Positions 38,537 through 53,937 of a stretch of 64,000 bases of DNA are shown one piece after another. Numbering within the stretch: the stretch's first letter is position 1; every line of letters starts with the position of its first letter. The notes beneath the pieces were generated by a model. The model worked only from the letters and a program-made list of their open reading frames with translations, was not told where the DNA came from and made no database searches. This DNA is from the human T2T-CHM13v2.0 reference genome, Homo sapiens, in the NCBI RefSeq assembly GCF_009914755.1, contig NC_060948.1; one strand, given 5' to 3'. The position numbers were made by a program, and so were the translations under genes.

Positions 38537-40999
38537 TCAGTTGACCTGTTGTCCTCGATGTGTTTATTTTGTTTGTTTTGATTTTTACCTTTTTATTTTA
38601 ATATAAAACTCTGATATGGAAAACACACAACACAAGTGTATGGTTTTATTTCTGCCCCACAGATATAAAGCAACAGAATATTGCCAACCAAACTAGTGTT
38701 CCAATGCAGATGTCTTGTCCAAATCACCATTCCCTTTAGGACTTTTCACAATACTGAGACATTTGTCTGTGTTATTAGGAAGCCACTCAGTGGCCAATGA
38801 AGAAATGAAAACCAAAGACAGTTAGACTAAGAAGAAATACATAATGAATCTAGGTCTCGAAGAAGGCAGGAGTGGAAAGAATCAGGTAAATTCTACATCA
38901 TTGACAAGGTTTAGTCTCAGAAAAAAGAAATTTCTCTTACTGCAATTAAGAGAAAAGAGATGACAAGACAATTTCGTTCAAACTGTCATTTAACAAACAT
39001 TTATTAAGCTCCTATTAACTGGCAGTAGTGTAGAAAGCACTAGAGAAAGATTTTAATGGGAAAATAAACTTTACTTGGGCTCTCCTGCTTGATGGACTTA
39101 ATCACTTTGAAAAAGGAGGAGATGAGGTTGTGGTTCTCAGTAAAAGCTGTTTAGGGAATTCTAGATTTGGACATTTGAAGAGTGAGAACACAATTTCAAA
39201 AAGCTACAGTAGAGAAAGCCCTACAGAATCAATATATTTTCTGCACAGGACTCTGGATAGAGGCAAGCCTAGCATTTTGTTTTAAAAACTAACCTTGGAA
39301 GTCTTATATCGGACATCACAGTGAATCCAGTTGATTCTTATTTTTAAAATTGCACCTGCCATTGGAGTGATGCCAAAACACACATACCAAATTAAAGCAC
39401 AAACACCAATAAAACATAACAGGAGCAGAATGCTGCAAACTCAATTGCTTATCAAAAAACTATTAGCTTTAAAATGTTAGCATGTCAGGAAACAATTTCC
39501 TTCTACTAACATCAGCTTTGAAGATCAGCTAATCAGAAATACATAGAATTAGAACAGGCAGTGAATTCAATAAAGTAGATCTTGCAGTAAAATAAACTTT
39601 GCTCCAGGCCCATGCTGTTGGGATTAGAAAGGCATCATCAGGCACATGTCTGCAGATCAGAGGTCTCAGCCAGTGATAATTCTGGTATTTACAGTCCACC
39701 TATTATAACTTAAGTCATCTTTTTAAATATCTTATTTGTTATAATATTTAATTTTCTCTTTAAGAGTGCTGAGCACTTTAGAAATAAACTAGGATGCCAG
39801 AACACTTTAGAAATAAACATATCTGAATAAGCTAGCCAGTGGGACTTCTTTTGTGTTTTCATTTCTTTCAGCAGGATTTTTTTTTCTTTAAGTACTTTCC
39901 TTCTGTTCTCATAAGTTAATCTGCATTTGTGATTTTGGAATTTTGCAGAGTGGAATGTGATTGCTGAAGTCTTAATCAACATTCAGGCTGACAGAACAGT
40001 TGAACAAGCTATTATGTTTTGTGCAGAGAGATAGATTTATTGTAAATGCTCTGGGCTCTCTGAAAAGTTGGGAGAATAGGACTTTGAAACTAATGAGGGT
40101 GTCAAAGTTTGGTTTTAGATTCCTGTATAATTGAGAGAACTGCAAAGATGACTTGGGGAAGAGTTATTTATAATATCATTGAATGGAAGTTAAAAAGGAC
40201 AGTATCTTACTTTAAATATGATATGTTTTGTAATTATTAACTGAATCATAGAATTTGAATTGAATGAGATTTCATAAGGCAATCAGTCTAGTGATTTCCC
40301 AATACTGATTTCCAGACAGACATAAGACTGGGATAATATTTTCACTAATTCATAGCAAAATTAAAAAAATAAGATAACAATATAGACAGGTATTCAATGA
40401 AGCTAGGTTTATTTGATTTTAATCTTAATATTAAATTCTTTTTATTTTTAGTCCTAAAATACTCTTTCTTCTTTGAGATGACAGATGTATATGGTGAGAT
40501 GTATAAAGTGCTCTTGGTTAGATTAAATGAAACAATCATTGTTCTTTTGGAAATTGGAGTAGGGCTGATATGAAGCTAGACTAGGAAGCAGGCAGCATTT
40601 GGTTTGAAGACCAAGATATTGTTGTGCCTGAGCTCTTTTCTTTTTCTATGGTACTCAATATCCTCATTTTTCTATGCAGTTTACAATGTCATTTTGTTCC
40701 CTACTCCGTTCTCTCCTAAATAGAAACCAGCTTTGAAAAAGTATCAGCTTTTAGCCATTTATCCAACTCAAAGGCAAACTGAGAGTGAACTGTAGGTGCT
40801 AGAAACCACAATCCACTGCTCTCAATTTTATTTTCTCATGTACGTTAATCTCTCCCTCTCTACCAGCTCAGTATACATATACAACTGTGATCTAAATTCT
40901 TATATTGCTTTCATAAATTAGAATTTTTCCCATTGTTTATCCCCCTGCCACCTACCCCTCATTTCTTTTCTCCACTAAACACACAGTACCCACTTTCCT

Positions 41000-42145
41000 C
41001 ATTTCTTCCCTCTCACTATTCAGTTCAGTTCAATTTGGTTTTGTTCTCATTTCACTGGAACTGCTTTTATCAAGAACAGCATCACCATTTGTACTATTAA
41101 AACTGCTGGTTACTTTACGATGTTCCTCTTACTCCAATTCTCGACATTATTCTGCACATTAGCAACTCTCTGTTCTTCAAACACAGAACTATGCCAAAAT
41201 TGTCCTATTTTAGAGCCTTGGCAGCTGTTTTTTTTTTCTGCTTTTCAAATGGTTGATCTTTCTGATATATCAAATAAGACTTCCTTGGAGAAATCTTCAC
41301 TTAGTACCCAAAACACAGTAGTTCTGTGTATTACACCAACCATCACTACTCTCTGTTACTCTCTTTCAGCATCCCCAAATTTCCTTCACATCATTTACAA
41401 GTGCTTGTGTCTTTTATTTTTTAACTGTCTCTCCCTGTACATCAAGGTTTATGAAGTCAGGGACCATTAATCCCATATTCATTGTTATACCTCCAGAACC
41501 CAGCACAGTGGTTGTTTCATAGTAGTTTTTAAATAAAGATTTGTTGAATAATTTGATGGATAGATGAATGCCAAGAATCCCACAATATTTATTTTTTACT
41601 AGCCTCAACTTAAAAACTCATGCTAAGACTTTTATACTTTACCTTTGCAATGATTCTCACATCTTTCTCTTTCTTCTAGTCCTTGCTTCCACTTTCCTTG
41701 CCCAGGCCACCATCATCATTAGTTTAACCATTTAATAAAACTCATAACTCACCTCCTGTCTTCTTTTGCTGATCTTCATTTTGTCTTATAACCTTCCTGA
41801 AACTTTGATCTTATTTTCCTATGGAAAAGGAAACAAAATAAAAAAAAAACTCCCTTTTGTGCAGACAGTTTCTTCTAAACTTTCTATCCTGGCATTTATG
41901 GTCCTTCAAGACCTGGCTTTAGCTGATACCAGCTGTAAGTAATCATAATATCCCATGAATTTGCCTAGCTATTTTTTTTGTGTGTACTTCTCTTTTGAAA
42001 TTTTGTGACTCAATCTTGTGTTATTACACCATTTAATAGAATGAGAACATGTTGAGGACATATAACATGGTATGTTTTTCTAATCTCAGCACTTAACACA
42101 GTTTTTGATACACACAAGCTCTATACATATTTACTGAATAAATCA
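41000..42145 (+). mobile_element. L2 fragments, including 3' ends
   Basis: L2 3'-end signature CCAGCACAGTG...AAATAAAGATTTGTTGAATAA...GATGAATG at ~41480-41570, and ATATTTACTGAATAAAT at ~42130. Confidence 0.55.
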
Positions 42146-42670
42146 TTGTGTGACCCTCTTCTTGAAGTTCTATGTTCAGTAACAAAGAGAATATAGAATA
42201 TAAAAACGATTAATTGCAAACTCTATATAGTGTTTGGGTTTAACTAAAACATTGATTTCTGTACATTTTGTTTAAGGCAATGGATATAACTTATTCTCTG
42301 TGCTAATATTAAAGATTGTTGTGCATCTGATGCCTGAAGTTTCCTGAGCCAAAAGAGGAAAAATCTTCTCCTTAGAAATTCTTCAACTGAGAGGCCATCC
42401 AATCAATTAGAAGACCCTCAGCAAAAAACCTGTTGACGTATGTGGCCTTTTCCACAGAAAGATCTGCAAGATATGAAGAGAACAATAGCCTCAGGCAGTA
42501 CACTCAGCAGATCAGACTGTAAAATGTGAAAAAACCCACTCTGAACATTTCTAGCATAGGCTGGCTCCCTGCAGGTCCTGATATTGACCCTGAAGCATGC
42601 TGCTTAGACTTCCATTGCAGATGAAATAAGTGGCCAAACATGTATGTATGTGTATGTATGCGTGTATTTT

Positions 42671-42673
<3 letters not shown>

Positions 42674-42722
<49 letters not shown>
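42674..42722 (+). repeat. (CA)n microsatellite at an Alu tail
   Basis: About 24 CA units. Confidence 0.9.
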
Positions 42723-42730
<8 letters not shown>

Positions 42731-42733
42731 CAT

Positions 42734-43036
42734 ATGAGACAGAGCCTCCCTTTGTTTCCCAGACTGGACTGGATTTCAGCAGCTCAATCTCTGTGCACTG
42801 GAGCCTCAACCTCCTGAGCTCAACTGATCCTCCTGAGAAATTCTCTAGCCTTATCTTCCTGAGTAACTGAGACCACAGGCACACACCACCAGGCCTGGAT
42901 AATATTTTGTATTTTTTTGTAGAGACAGGGTTTCACCATAGTTTCAAGCTGGTCTGGAACACCTCACTTCAAGTGATCCACCCACCTCAGCCTTGAAAAA
43001 TGATGGGATTACAGGTGTGAGCCACTGCACCCTACC
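42734..43036 (-). mobile_element. Old Alu (J-like)
   Basis: Dimeric Alu, heavily diverged. Confidence 0.8.
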
Positions 43037-43071
43037 ACACATATTTCTAAATATTTTAAAATATTAATTTT

Positions 43072-43420
<349 letters not shown>

Positions 43421-43447
43421 TTACTTTCATGGATTATTGTTCTTAAC

Positions 43448-43631
43448 CTAGTAGTTTTCAATTTTGAATGCATATTAATGTTACCTGTCAAGCTTTCAAA
43501 AGTTCAGATGTCCAGGATCCATTGATCGCCATACATTCTGATTTAATTGGTCTGGGATAGATCCCAGATGTGGTATGCCTTTTGTAAACTCCCCCAGTAA
43601 ATCTAAGCTTTTTCTATGATTGAGAAGCATT
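43448..43631. mobile_element. MER5-type hAT DNA transposon fossil
   Basis: Contains ATTCTGATTTAATTGGTCTGGG and ends TTGAGAAGCA. Confidence 0.55.
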
Positions 43632-43991
43632 TATACTCATTGAAGGCTGCCATTCTGCTGTAAGTTACTAAGGAATCAAATAATTGATGTAGTTGAGGGG
43701 CTTTTTGTTTCATTCTAACATTGATTTTTCTTTTATGAAGCTGTAAGCTTGAGGTTTGAGCACTCCACATTCAACATCTACAGTGAATGCTAGTGAAACC
43801 TTACAGTCAGAACGTTCAATAGTATTCCACTAGGTACTAGCTGTTCCAGTTGTATTTGTTAACAGTTAGAAGATGGTGGACATGATGTCCATAATTTTAA
43901 TCAATCATGGTCTTGTCTCTGAGTAAACAAAGTGCATGACTGATATTTGTGATACTTCATGCTGTATCCCAGGCTATCTTCTTATCTTCTA

Positions 43992-44291
43992 TTTTTTCTT
44001 TTTCTTTTTGAGGTGGAGTTTCACTCTTGTTGCCCAGGCTGTAGTGCAATGGCGTGTTGTCATCTCACTGCAACTTCCGCCTCCCAGGTTCAAACAATTC
44101 TCCTGTCTCAGCCTCCTGAGTAGCTGGGGTTTCAGGCACCTGCCACCATGCCTGGCTACTTTTTCTGTTTTTAGTAGTGAGGGGGTTTTGCCATTTGGGC
44201 CAGGTATATCTGGAACTTCTGACCTCAGGTGATCCACCTGCCTGGGCCTCCCAAAGTGTAGTATTACAGGTGTGAGCCACAGGGCCCAGCC
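43992..44291 (-). mobile_element. Alu (S-like)
   Basis: Full dimer with T-rich tail. Confidence 0.88.
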
Positions 44292-44764
44292 TTCTATTTT
44301 CATCTTATACTATGACTGGTTAATCTTCCAGCTTATGCACCTTGAATTATGTTTTAGTCACGTTGATTCCAATAATGCACAAGCTTTTGTGTCTCCAGGT
44401 GCTTGCACATGCTGTTTCCTCTGTTTGGACTCCCCTTCCCTTCTTGTCTGCCTAAAACATTCCTACTGACTCTCCTATATCAAGAGCTCTTGATGATGCA
44501 CATTCTGTATTAGTAAGTAAAATATATGTGTATTTTTGTTATGTAAATTTTTATTGAAAGAATCATCATAAATTTCGTTACATCCTTAAAAAGGGTCTGT
44601 GACCCCATAAATATTAAGATTCATTTGTTTCTGCCTTTAGTCAAATGTGACACAATGAAAGGATACTCTGAGACCTCGTTGTTTTCAACTGCCCAAAACA
44701 AGTTATCTGTCACAGATATTCTGTCCCCTTTCTCAGTTTTTATGGCACTTTACATATCCCTCCT

Positions 44765-45070
<306 letters not shown>

Positions 45071-45736
45071 TCGTACATATCTCTCTTTGTACATCATTTT
45101 TATTTGTCTCCCTTTGGACTGAAGGCAGAAACAAGGTCTTATTCACATTTGATCCCAGAACTTAGCACAAATAGATCATTTTAGCTGGGAGAATGTTGAC
45201 GCTTAAGTCAACTTGCCTGGAATTTAAAGGTTTTCATATACTAAAGTTCTGAGGATACAGTGCTTTCATCTTCTAACTGTTACTCATACATTTCAATTTC
45301 TGACCAGTCATTGCCCTTTTTCAGGTAACAATGTGAATACCAAGAAATACAACATTTCTCCATAATAAAATATGAAAATCTTGAGCTGTGATAGTTTGAC
45401 ACAAACAGAATTAGTGTGGTGCTATCTTCTTCTCCAAGATAATTTCTTCCAATACTTAAATTATATGTGTTATAGAAAGAAAAGAAATAAATAAAACTAA
45501 GGGGAATAAATTGTTGGCAAAATAATTTAATAAAAAGTCTCAGAAGTTAATGATGCTCAATTTGTAGATTAAAAGGCTAGCACCTAGAAAAACAGAAGAA
45601 AATAGACTCATCTCAAGATATATCAGTGTAAAATTTGAGAACGCTGAAAACAGAGAAAATTGTATGTTTCCAGAGGGGCAAAAATAGGTCAGGTACAAAG
45701 GATGAGGAATCAGATGATTTAAAAATTTTCAGCACT

Positions 45737-46044
45737 GGCCAGGAGTGGTGGTTCACGCCTGTAATCCCAGCACTTTGGGAAGCCAAGGCACACTTTGGGA
45801 GGCCAAGATGGGCAAATAACCTGAGGTCAGAAGTTTGAGACCAGCTTGACCAATAAGGAGCAACCCAATCTCTACTAAAAATAAAAAATTAGCTGGGCAT
45901 GATGGCACCTGCCTGTAATCTCAGCTACTCAGGAGGCTGAGGCAGGAGAATCACTTGAACCCAGGAGGTGGAGGTTGCAGTAAGCTGAGATCATGCAATT
46001 GAACTCCAGCCTGGCAACAGGAACAAAACTGTACCTCAAAAAAA
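45737..46044 (+). mobile_element. Alu (S-like) with a ~20-bp internal duplication
   Basis: CACTTTGGGAAGCCAAGG followed by CACACTTTGGGAGGCCAAG. Degenerate TSD AAAATTTTCAGCAC / AAAATTTTTTTCAACAC. Confidence 0.88.
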
Positions 46045-46589
46045 TTTTTTTCAACACCATCACTATAAACCAGAAGGCAATGGAGTTATGCTTTGAAAAT
46101 TCTAAAGGAAAATGATTTCTGACATATGTTTCTACTTCCACATAGAAAAAAATTAAACGTACAAGTAGAAAACATACATTTTTTGGACATATGACATCTC
46201 TAACATTGTGTCTCCCTGTGAACCTATTCTCAAGATGCTACTACAGACTTTTTCCTACCAAAAGGAAAAAGTAAACTAAGAAAGAGAAAGACATGGAATG
46301 CCAAAAATAGGAGACATAACGCAAGAGAATAAATTCTTAAAAGTGTGGTGAAGGAAAATCCTAGGATGAGAAAATTGAGTCAGGCCTAGAGGGCAACCAT
46401 TCAAGACTGTTGCAGGGAAACAGCCAACAAGGAAGTATTCTTCAAGGTGAGAGCATTTATAGAACAATTGAAGTGAATAAAAGTCTCGATATGAGATTTT
46501 AAATTTGTAAAGAATTTTCCATTGAGTTAACACAAATTAAAATAAAATTAAGTTGAAGTTGAACAACAAAATTAATAACATAAATATTT

Positions 46590-47940
46590 CTCAGCTCCCT
46601 ATCATTGATTATCATGATAGAAATTTAAAAGTACTTAGAACTTAATGATATTGAAAATATTACAAATGAAATTTGTGAGTAGCAGGAAAAGTGATATTGC
46701 AATAGGAGTTTATACACTTAAATGTTTCTACAACTTAAAAATTAATGTACTAGGTGTTTACATAAAGAATTAGAAAAGAAACAACAGAATCAATTCTGAA
46801 AAACTAAAGTGCAGGGATGATGATGTAGAGAAAATTAGTAAAACATACAAAGATAATATTTGGTTGTTGGAGAAACATAATAAAAGATGCAAACCTCAGG
46901 CAAGTTAAGAAAAAAAAGGGAGAAAGCACAAATAAAACTAAGAATTAAAAAGATACATAACAATAGATACAGTACAGATTAGGAAGCTAATAAGAAAATA
47001 TGGACTATAAATCATGCTGCTATAAAGACACATGCACACATATGTTTATTGCGGCATTATTCACGATAGCAAAGACTTGGAACCAACCCAAATGTCCAAC
47101 AATGATAGACTGGATTAAGAAAATGTGGCACATGTACACCATGGAATACTATGCAGCCAGAAAAAATGATGAGTTCATGTCCTTTGCAGGGACATGGATG
47201 AAATTGGAAATCATCATTCTCAGTCAACTATCGCAAGAACAAAAAACCAAACACTGCATATTCTCACTCATAGGTGGGAATTGAACAATGAGATCACATG
47301 GACACAGGAAGGGGAATATCACACTCTGGGGACTGTTGTGGGGTGGGGGGAGGGGGGAGGGATAGCATTGGGAGATATACCTAATGCTAGATGACAAGTT
47401 AGTGGGTGCAGCGCACCAGCATGGCACATGTATACATATGTAACTAACCTGCACAATGTGCACATGTACCCTAAAACTTAAAGTATAATAATAAAAAATA
47501 AATAAAAATAAATAAAAACTAAAAATAAATAAATTAATTAAATTTAATAAAATATAACAAAAAAGAAAATATGATTAACACTTTGTGCTACGAATCTGAA
47601 AACTTAGATCAATAGATTTTTATAAATATATAGCTAAGAAAAATTGATACAAGAATAAGTATGTAATCTGAATAGTCTCATAAATGTTAAAGGAAATAAA
47701 GGATTATTCCTACAGATAAAACACTAGGCCCAGATTTATTTCCCCAGACAGAGCATTTCAACATATGTAAAGAATTGTATAAAATAAAAAAGGGAAAATC
47801 CTAAACTTATTCTGTGAGGCAAGCAGAACTTTGATACCAATGCCACATAAATTGAGTATACAAAAAGATATTTTTTAAAAAGTCCATTCTCATTCATGAA
47901 ATAAATGGTAAAATCCCAAAAGTGGATTCCTTGAGGGTTA
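46590..47940 (+). mobile_element. Ancient L1M ORF2 fragment, interrupted by a younger L1
   Basis: A-rich decayed L1 ORF2-like sequence on both sides of 47003-47562. Confidence 0.55.
47003..47562 (+). mobile_element. 5'-truncated young L1 (L1PA2-like)
   Basis: Near-consensus end of ORF2 (KDTCTHMFIAALFTIAKTWNQPKCP), 3' UTR with G-rich tract and poly(A). The 11-bp TSD is AAGAAAATATG (46992-47002 / 47563-47573). Lacks the Ta ACA diagnostic. Confidence 0.9.
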
Positions 47941-48390
47941 GGATGAAATTTGCTACTGCCAGATCGTGCTATTCTGGGGTAGCTCACACACAAATTGATG
48001 TTTTGAGTTTGTCTGTAATACCCAAGCAATATGGAACTGGCTTGACAATCTGTGTGATGGCCAGCCTGTGGCCATGACTTCTCAGGGACACAATATTTTT
48101 TTCTCTTTTCCTCCTTATTCTGCTCAGCTCCAAGACAACTTTGGCCAAAGTTCCTTGAGCTTGGAAACAGGAATGGGTTTACTTCTGTTTCACCCTTACC
48201 ATGAAGATACTATCCTATGGGATTCCAGATCCATTTGGAGAGAGTTGGCTATTAAACTCTTTTCATAAGTAGGCCCTGGGCCTTGACTACAGTCTTTCTT
48301 GAGATATGAGGCTAAGAGTTCCTTCCTGGCCTGCCAGTTTTTGACATGATTAATGTTCTTTCCATTCAGAATTTTTAATTGTTTGGGAGG

Positions 48391-48743
48391 TGATATAGTT
48401 TCATGTGCCTCCCTTCAAATCACAACTTCAATTGTATGTCCCAGAATTCTCACGTTTTGAGGACGGGACCCAGGGAGAGGTAATTGAATCATGGGGGCTG
48501 GTCTTGCTCGAACTATTCTTGTAATAGTGAATAAGACTCACAGGATCCAATGGGTTTATCAGGGGTTTATGCTTTTGCTTTTTCCTTATTCCCTCTTGCC
48601 ACCACCATGCAAGAAGTGCCTTTATTCCTATGCCATGATTCTGAGGTCTCCCTAGCCATGTGGAACTGTAAGTCCAACTAAACCTCCTTTTCTTCCCAAT
48701 TTCAGATATGTCCTTATGAACAGCATGAAAATGAACTAATACA
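48391..48743 (+). mobile_element. THE1A solo LTR (MaLR)
   Basis: Runs TGATATAGTTT...AACTAATACA (353 bp) with a perfect 5-bp TSD GGAGG. Confidence 0.88.
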
Positions 48744-48780
48744 GGAGGATTGGTCCAAATAACTTGAGCTTCCAATATAG

Positions 48781-49502
<722 letters not shown>

Positions 49503-51757
49503 TGGAATTGCCATTTTTTGACATAGAAAATCTCTGGAGGTAAAAGTTTGGTTTATGGGAGCACCTGAGCTCAGTTTGGCCCATAAGTTTGGGATACCTA
49601 TTATTTACTGGCAGTGATGGCATGTTGTTAATGTACAATATGTTCATGCACATAGCATATGTATGTGCTCATCAGATATTTTCAGGTGAAAAATAGTCAG
49701 TCCCATAGTTTGAGCCATTATAACAATTTCTACCCAGGGATTTCACAGTCAGATTCCAGTTCTGGGTAACAGTGATTAACATAATGGTTATTAATGAGAA
49801 GAGATTTTGAGATGTCCAGCCATGTTTAGATGTCAGTGCCTTGAAGGGATGGGTTTGGCATATTAATAAGAAAGAGGGCATTGGACTGCATACTAAGAAA
49901 CATAATGAATTGTTTTTCTTGTCCTCTATAACATGAAAGGTCAATTAGAGATATAGAAACAATTGAATATTTCACAGCATGGCTTGACATTTCACTGAAC
50001 TTTTATCCTTTTAACCATGTACAAAGTTTATTAAATATGCAAAGGTAGGACTGCTACAGTAAGAAAGAGGAGGAGTCAGAGGTCACAATCCACAGCAAGG
50101 TGACTGTCTCTTGTGGATGGCGCCCTGAGAGATGAATTCGAGTGAGCATCAAGTTTCAGATTGCCAACAAGGATCAAGGAGAATGAAGCTATCAACAGTC
50201 AACATTACTGGATTAATTGAAATAAATATTGACAGAGATTTTGTTGGCTTTCCAGCAAATTGAGTACAGATAAGGTAACCACTTATCAAATTTCACACCT
50301 ATGAAATTACATAAATTTATATGTACATATGCAAATTCACAGTGTGCAAATATGTGTCTATATCTAAAGATATACAAATCCATTGACCAACAGAAAGTTA
50401 GAAATTATTCTCCCATTTTACCATTCCCTTTCCAGGAATTTTGTCACAAGTACAGTTTTTCTATATGTTTGAAGCCTACTCCCTGGAGGCATGAAATATA
50501 TGGATACAGTAAAGCTATGAGATATCATAGTGTTTCTATCAGAGAAAAAAATAACACTGGTGTTACAAAAGATCCATTGTGAGGAGAAAGTTACACTTCA
50601 CATTACAACAAATACAGAAGTACGATTTCATCAAAGGCTGAAATCAGTCAATAAAATTTGTATTTAATGCTTTATTTAAAATACTTAATTTCAAAAGTAT
50701 TACCTAAATAGAATAAGGGTATTGGTAATAAATAATTTTGAAGAATTCCCTTTAATATGTTGATTATTTAACATGTAACTAAAATACTAAAAGTTACTGT
50801 ACAATGTAGTTTCATGAAGCATTCTTTATGGTTTTCATAAAATTAATAGTCAACGGAGTATTTTGAGACTGAGGAAGTTCCATATATTATTGTATTGCAC
50901 TTTCACTTTATTAATTGCTTTCATGTTGTAACTGATGGAATTAAAAATATTTATACTTACACATATACAAATGTTGTATTTTTGTTCATGTTTTCTAGTG
51001 AGATAAAGTTGCCAATAATTTTATCAATATAGGAAAATTTTTATAAGATCAAAGTTCTTAACTTTCTTTTCTTTTGAAATTTTATATTTCAGTCTAGATA
51101 TGAGATGGAATTGGCTGTGATCATTCTTTGATTTCACTATGATTACTGAGTTTCTGATACAGTGTTGGGAACTTATAGACTTTAAATCTTGCTTTCTTCT
51201 TCTTCATCTCCTATTGGAACTGTATATGTGATTTCTGCAGTAATGGGCATTGTTATCTGACGTATGGTTGCTGAAAGATACAAACAGAAATGGAATTCTT
51301 AGTTTCAGTGAATCTTTAGGAACAGACAAGTAAAAGTGAAGGATGATTATTGTATGAATGTTAGTAAACTGTTTATCACAGAGTTACAATAAGGGTGAAA
51401 ATAAATTTAAAAATACATACCTCATCCAAAACATGAGGTAGTAAAAATAAAAAAATTAATTTGACAGAAAGAACAGTTTAAAAGTTGTGATTATTTCTGG
51501 TGAGAGCAAGTAGCTCAGAAACTATGAGGAAGTCCTGCAAAGCTACATGATGGATTTGCAAGTGAGGATGGGGAGCCTGGTTCTGGGGGAGGGTTCCAAG
51601 TCCTGGTCAGGTTGAGGTCCTCCTGGGGCTCAGGGATGTCTCAGCGGGAAAGCCGGGAAGGGGAAAATGCATGCTTCACCCCAGCTAGCAGGCCACCTCA
51701 ACCCACCTAGATGAAATTGTCCATTGACTGTCCTCTTTCTCCTTCTTGGATAGGCAG

Positions 51758-52700
51758 GTGGAGGAACTCAGCCACCCTGAGTACAAGTGGCAAGAAGAAG
51801 TTTGCCTTTCATCACAACATTTACTTCCACAATGAAGTGATCATTAAGGAGTATTGCATTGGAATTCTCAATAAGGAGTGCCTCCCGGCATGGTAGAGGG
51901 GATGGTATGTGGGAAGCTAGGCCTGGCATGAGCCTTCCTGACTCCTTCCCCTCCAGGATACAGGGTGACTACCTCCACTACAGTCCGGTTGTTCTAGGGT
52001 CATGCAAGTGAAGGCCTCAGTTTCAGGCAGGACACAACCTAAGTGAGCTTCTTCAGCTGGTTGACTGATGGTGATTGACCAGGGTATGGCAGGATTGCTG
52101 AAGTGGGGCAGCTGTGGGACATCATAGGTAAGGAGCTGGTCATTCCTTGGCATCAGAGGAATTGGCTTTGAACCAGAACCTAACCTGTCACGACTACTTT
52201 GCCCAGTCCCCCAGATCATCAGCCAGGGCCCGTGGCTCAATCTCATGCAGCACTACCCAAGGGAGTTAGGCCCTCAGAGAGGGAACAGAGAAGAGGCCAG
52301 GGAAGCAGCCCAGGGCTGGGGGATGAGAGGCCTGTGGGTCCTGGAGCCAGGATACATAGCGAAGCCAAGGCTCAAGGAGGAGACTGAGGTAAGTAAACTC
52401 AGGCTATTCATCGCTCAGGGGGAAAGGCCCATCAGGGAACTGTAGCACCCACATTTCAGTATTGGGGAACCCTAAGCTACTTAAGAGGTGTAAGTAACTA
52501 AGGTCAATGGGAGAGAAGTCAGGCCCAGGGTGCTCTCACCCTCCACACAAATGCCAACCTGAGGCCCTTCTAGGTCTACATCTTCCCAGAATGGCTCTCC
52601 CAGACCTGTCAAATTCTGTGTCAATGACTCCTGACATGCTGTTTCCCCTCTGCCATCCAGACGACACAGGTTTCACAGGGGAAGAAATGTGAAGAGATGG
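51758..52700 (+). pseudogene. TSPY-family unprocessed pseudogene, 5'-truncated (exons 3-5 and a probable last exon)
   Basis: Exon 51758-51870 (113 nt) reads VEELSHP../..FHHNIYFHNEVIIKEY, with the donor mutated GT>AT. Exon 51957-52102 (146 nt) reads GYRVTTSTT..SFFSWLTD..GRIAE. Exon 52215-~52300 reads IISQGPWLNLMQHY. These align to TSPY NAP/SET motifs NPYFQNKVITKEY, YRASHSTPI, NFFNWF, KIAE and ILCKDLWRNPLQYY. In-frame stops are present. Confidence 0.85.
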
Positions 52701-52839
52701 CAAAATGGAAGGGGACCTTCTGTGTGTGTTCAGGAAGGCAATCTGGCTGGACATTAGGACCCACCTAAGTATTAGTGAGGACACCAAATGTCTCTCAGAC
52801 CTGAGCATGTGCACACAAAAACATATTGTCTAAATGGCA

Positions 52840-53710
52840 TTGACATCAATACTACCTAAGTGATCTACAGATTCTGTACAACCCCTGTAAATGTATCAGT
52901 GACCCACTTTTCATAGAAAAACCATCTGAGAATCCTAAATTTGCTATGAAATGGTAGAAGATCCTGAGACCCAGAACAATCCAGTAAAAAGCACAAAGCT
53001 GGAGGCTTCATACTACCTAACTTCACAATATGCTACAAAGTTTTATGCACCAAAATAGAACAGCACTGGCCGACAAGCAGAGACATGAGCTAATGAAAAA
53101 CAATCTGGTCCCAGAACTAAGTCACCGCATTTGCAGCTCATGACCTTATCCCAAAAAAGCAAGAATGCACAATGCAAAATCAGGTATCTGCTATAAACTA
53201 GGTTGGGGAAAACCTGAATATCCACATAAAGGATTTTAAGAGTAGATTATGTCTCACAGAACTCCAATGTCAGACAAGAAACGACAAAAATACCAGAAGA
53301 AATCGCAAGGAAGAAGCTCCATGACATCGGTGTGGGCAATGGTGGTCTCAAAGTGACTGCAAGAGCACAGTAAACACCTTCAAAAATAGATAATCGGGTT
53401 ATGTCAAGCTAAGGTGCTTCAGTACACCACAGGAAACTGAAGAGAGGGAAGGGACATCCTACAAGATGGGTGAAATTATTGAATCACCATACATCTGTTA
53501 ATGGGTGAATATTTACAGCACATAAGGAACTCCAACAACTCAATAGCATGAAAACAAATGAGCTAAGGGTATGAATACTCATTTGTGAAACTAAGACATA
53601 CAGTTGCCCAGAAGACACAGTAAAAAGCACCCATCATCAGTAATACAACAGGAAAATGCAAATCAAAACCACAATGAGATTTCATCTCACTTCAATCAGA
53701 ATGCCTACAT
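52840..53710 (+). mobile_element. Old L1 ORF2 fragment
   Basis: Contains AAAGCTGGAGGCTTCATACTACCTAACTTCA and GAAAATGCAAATCAAAACCACAATGAGAT. Confidence 0.75.
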
Positions 53711-53937
53711 GAGTATATAATAAAAAACCCAAAGTTTTCACTTACCCTTTTTAATAGCTCTCCCAGGGGGCACATAACTGAGAAGTCATAGTGTAAACCT
53801 TCATGATTTTTCTTTAAATATACATTGACATATTCATACAAATATGCATGAATACCTAAAATATATTGCCATGAAAATAAGAACATTTTATGAGATCCAA
53901 AATTCTGGAGGACTAAGCAGGGAGAAAAAAGATACAT

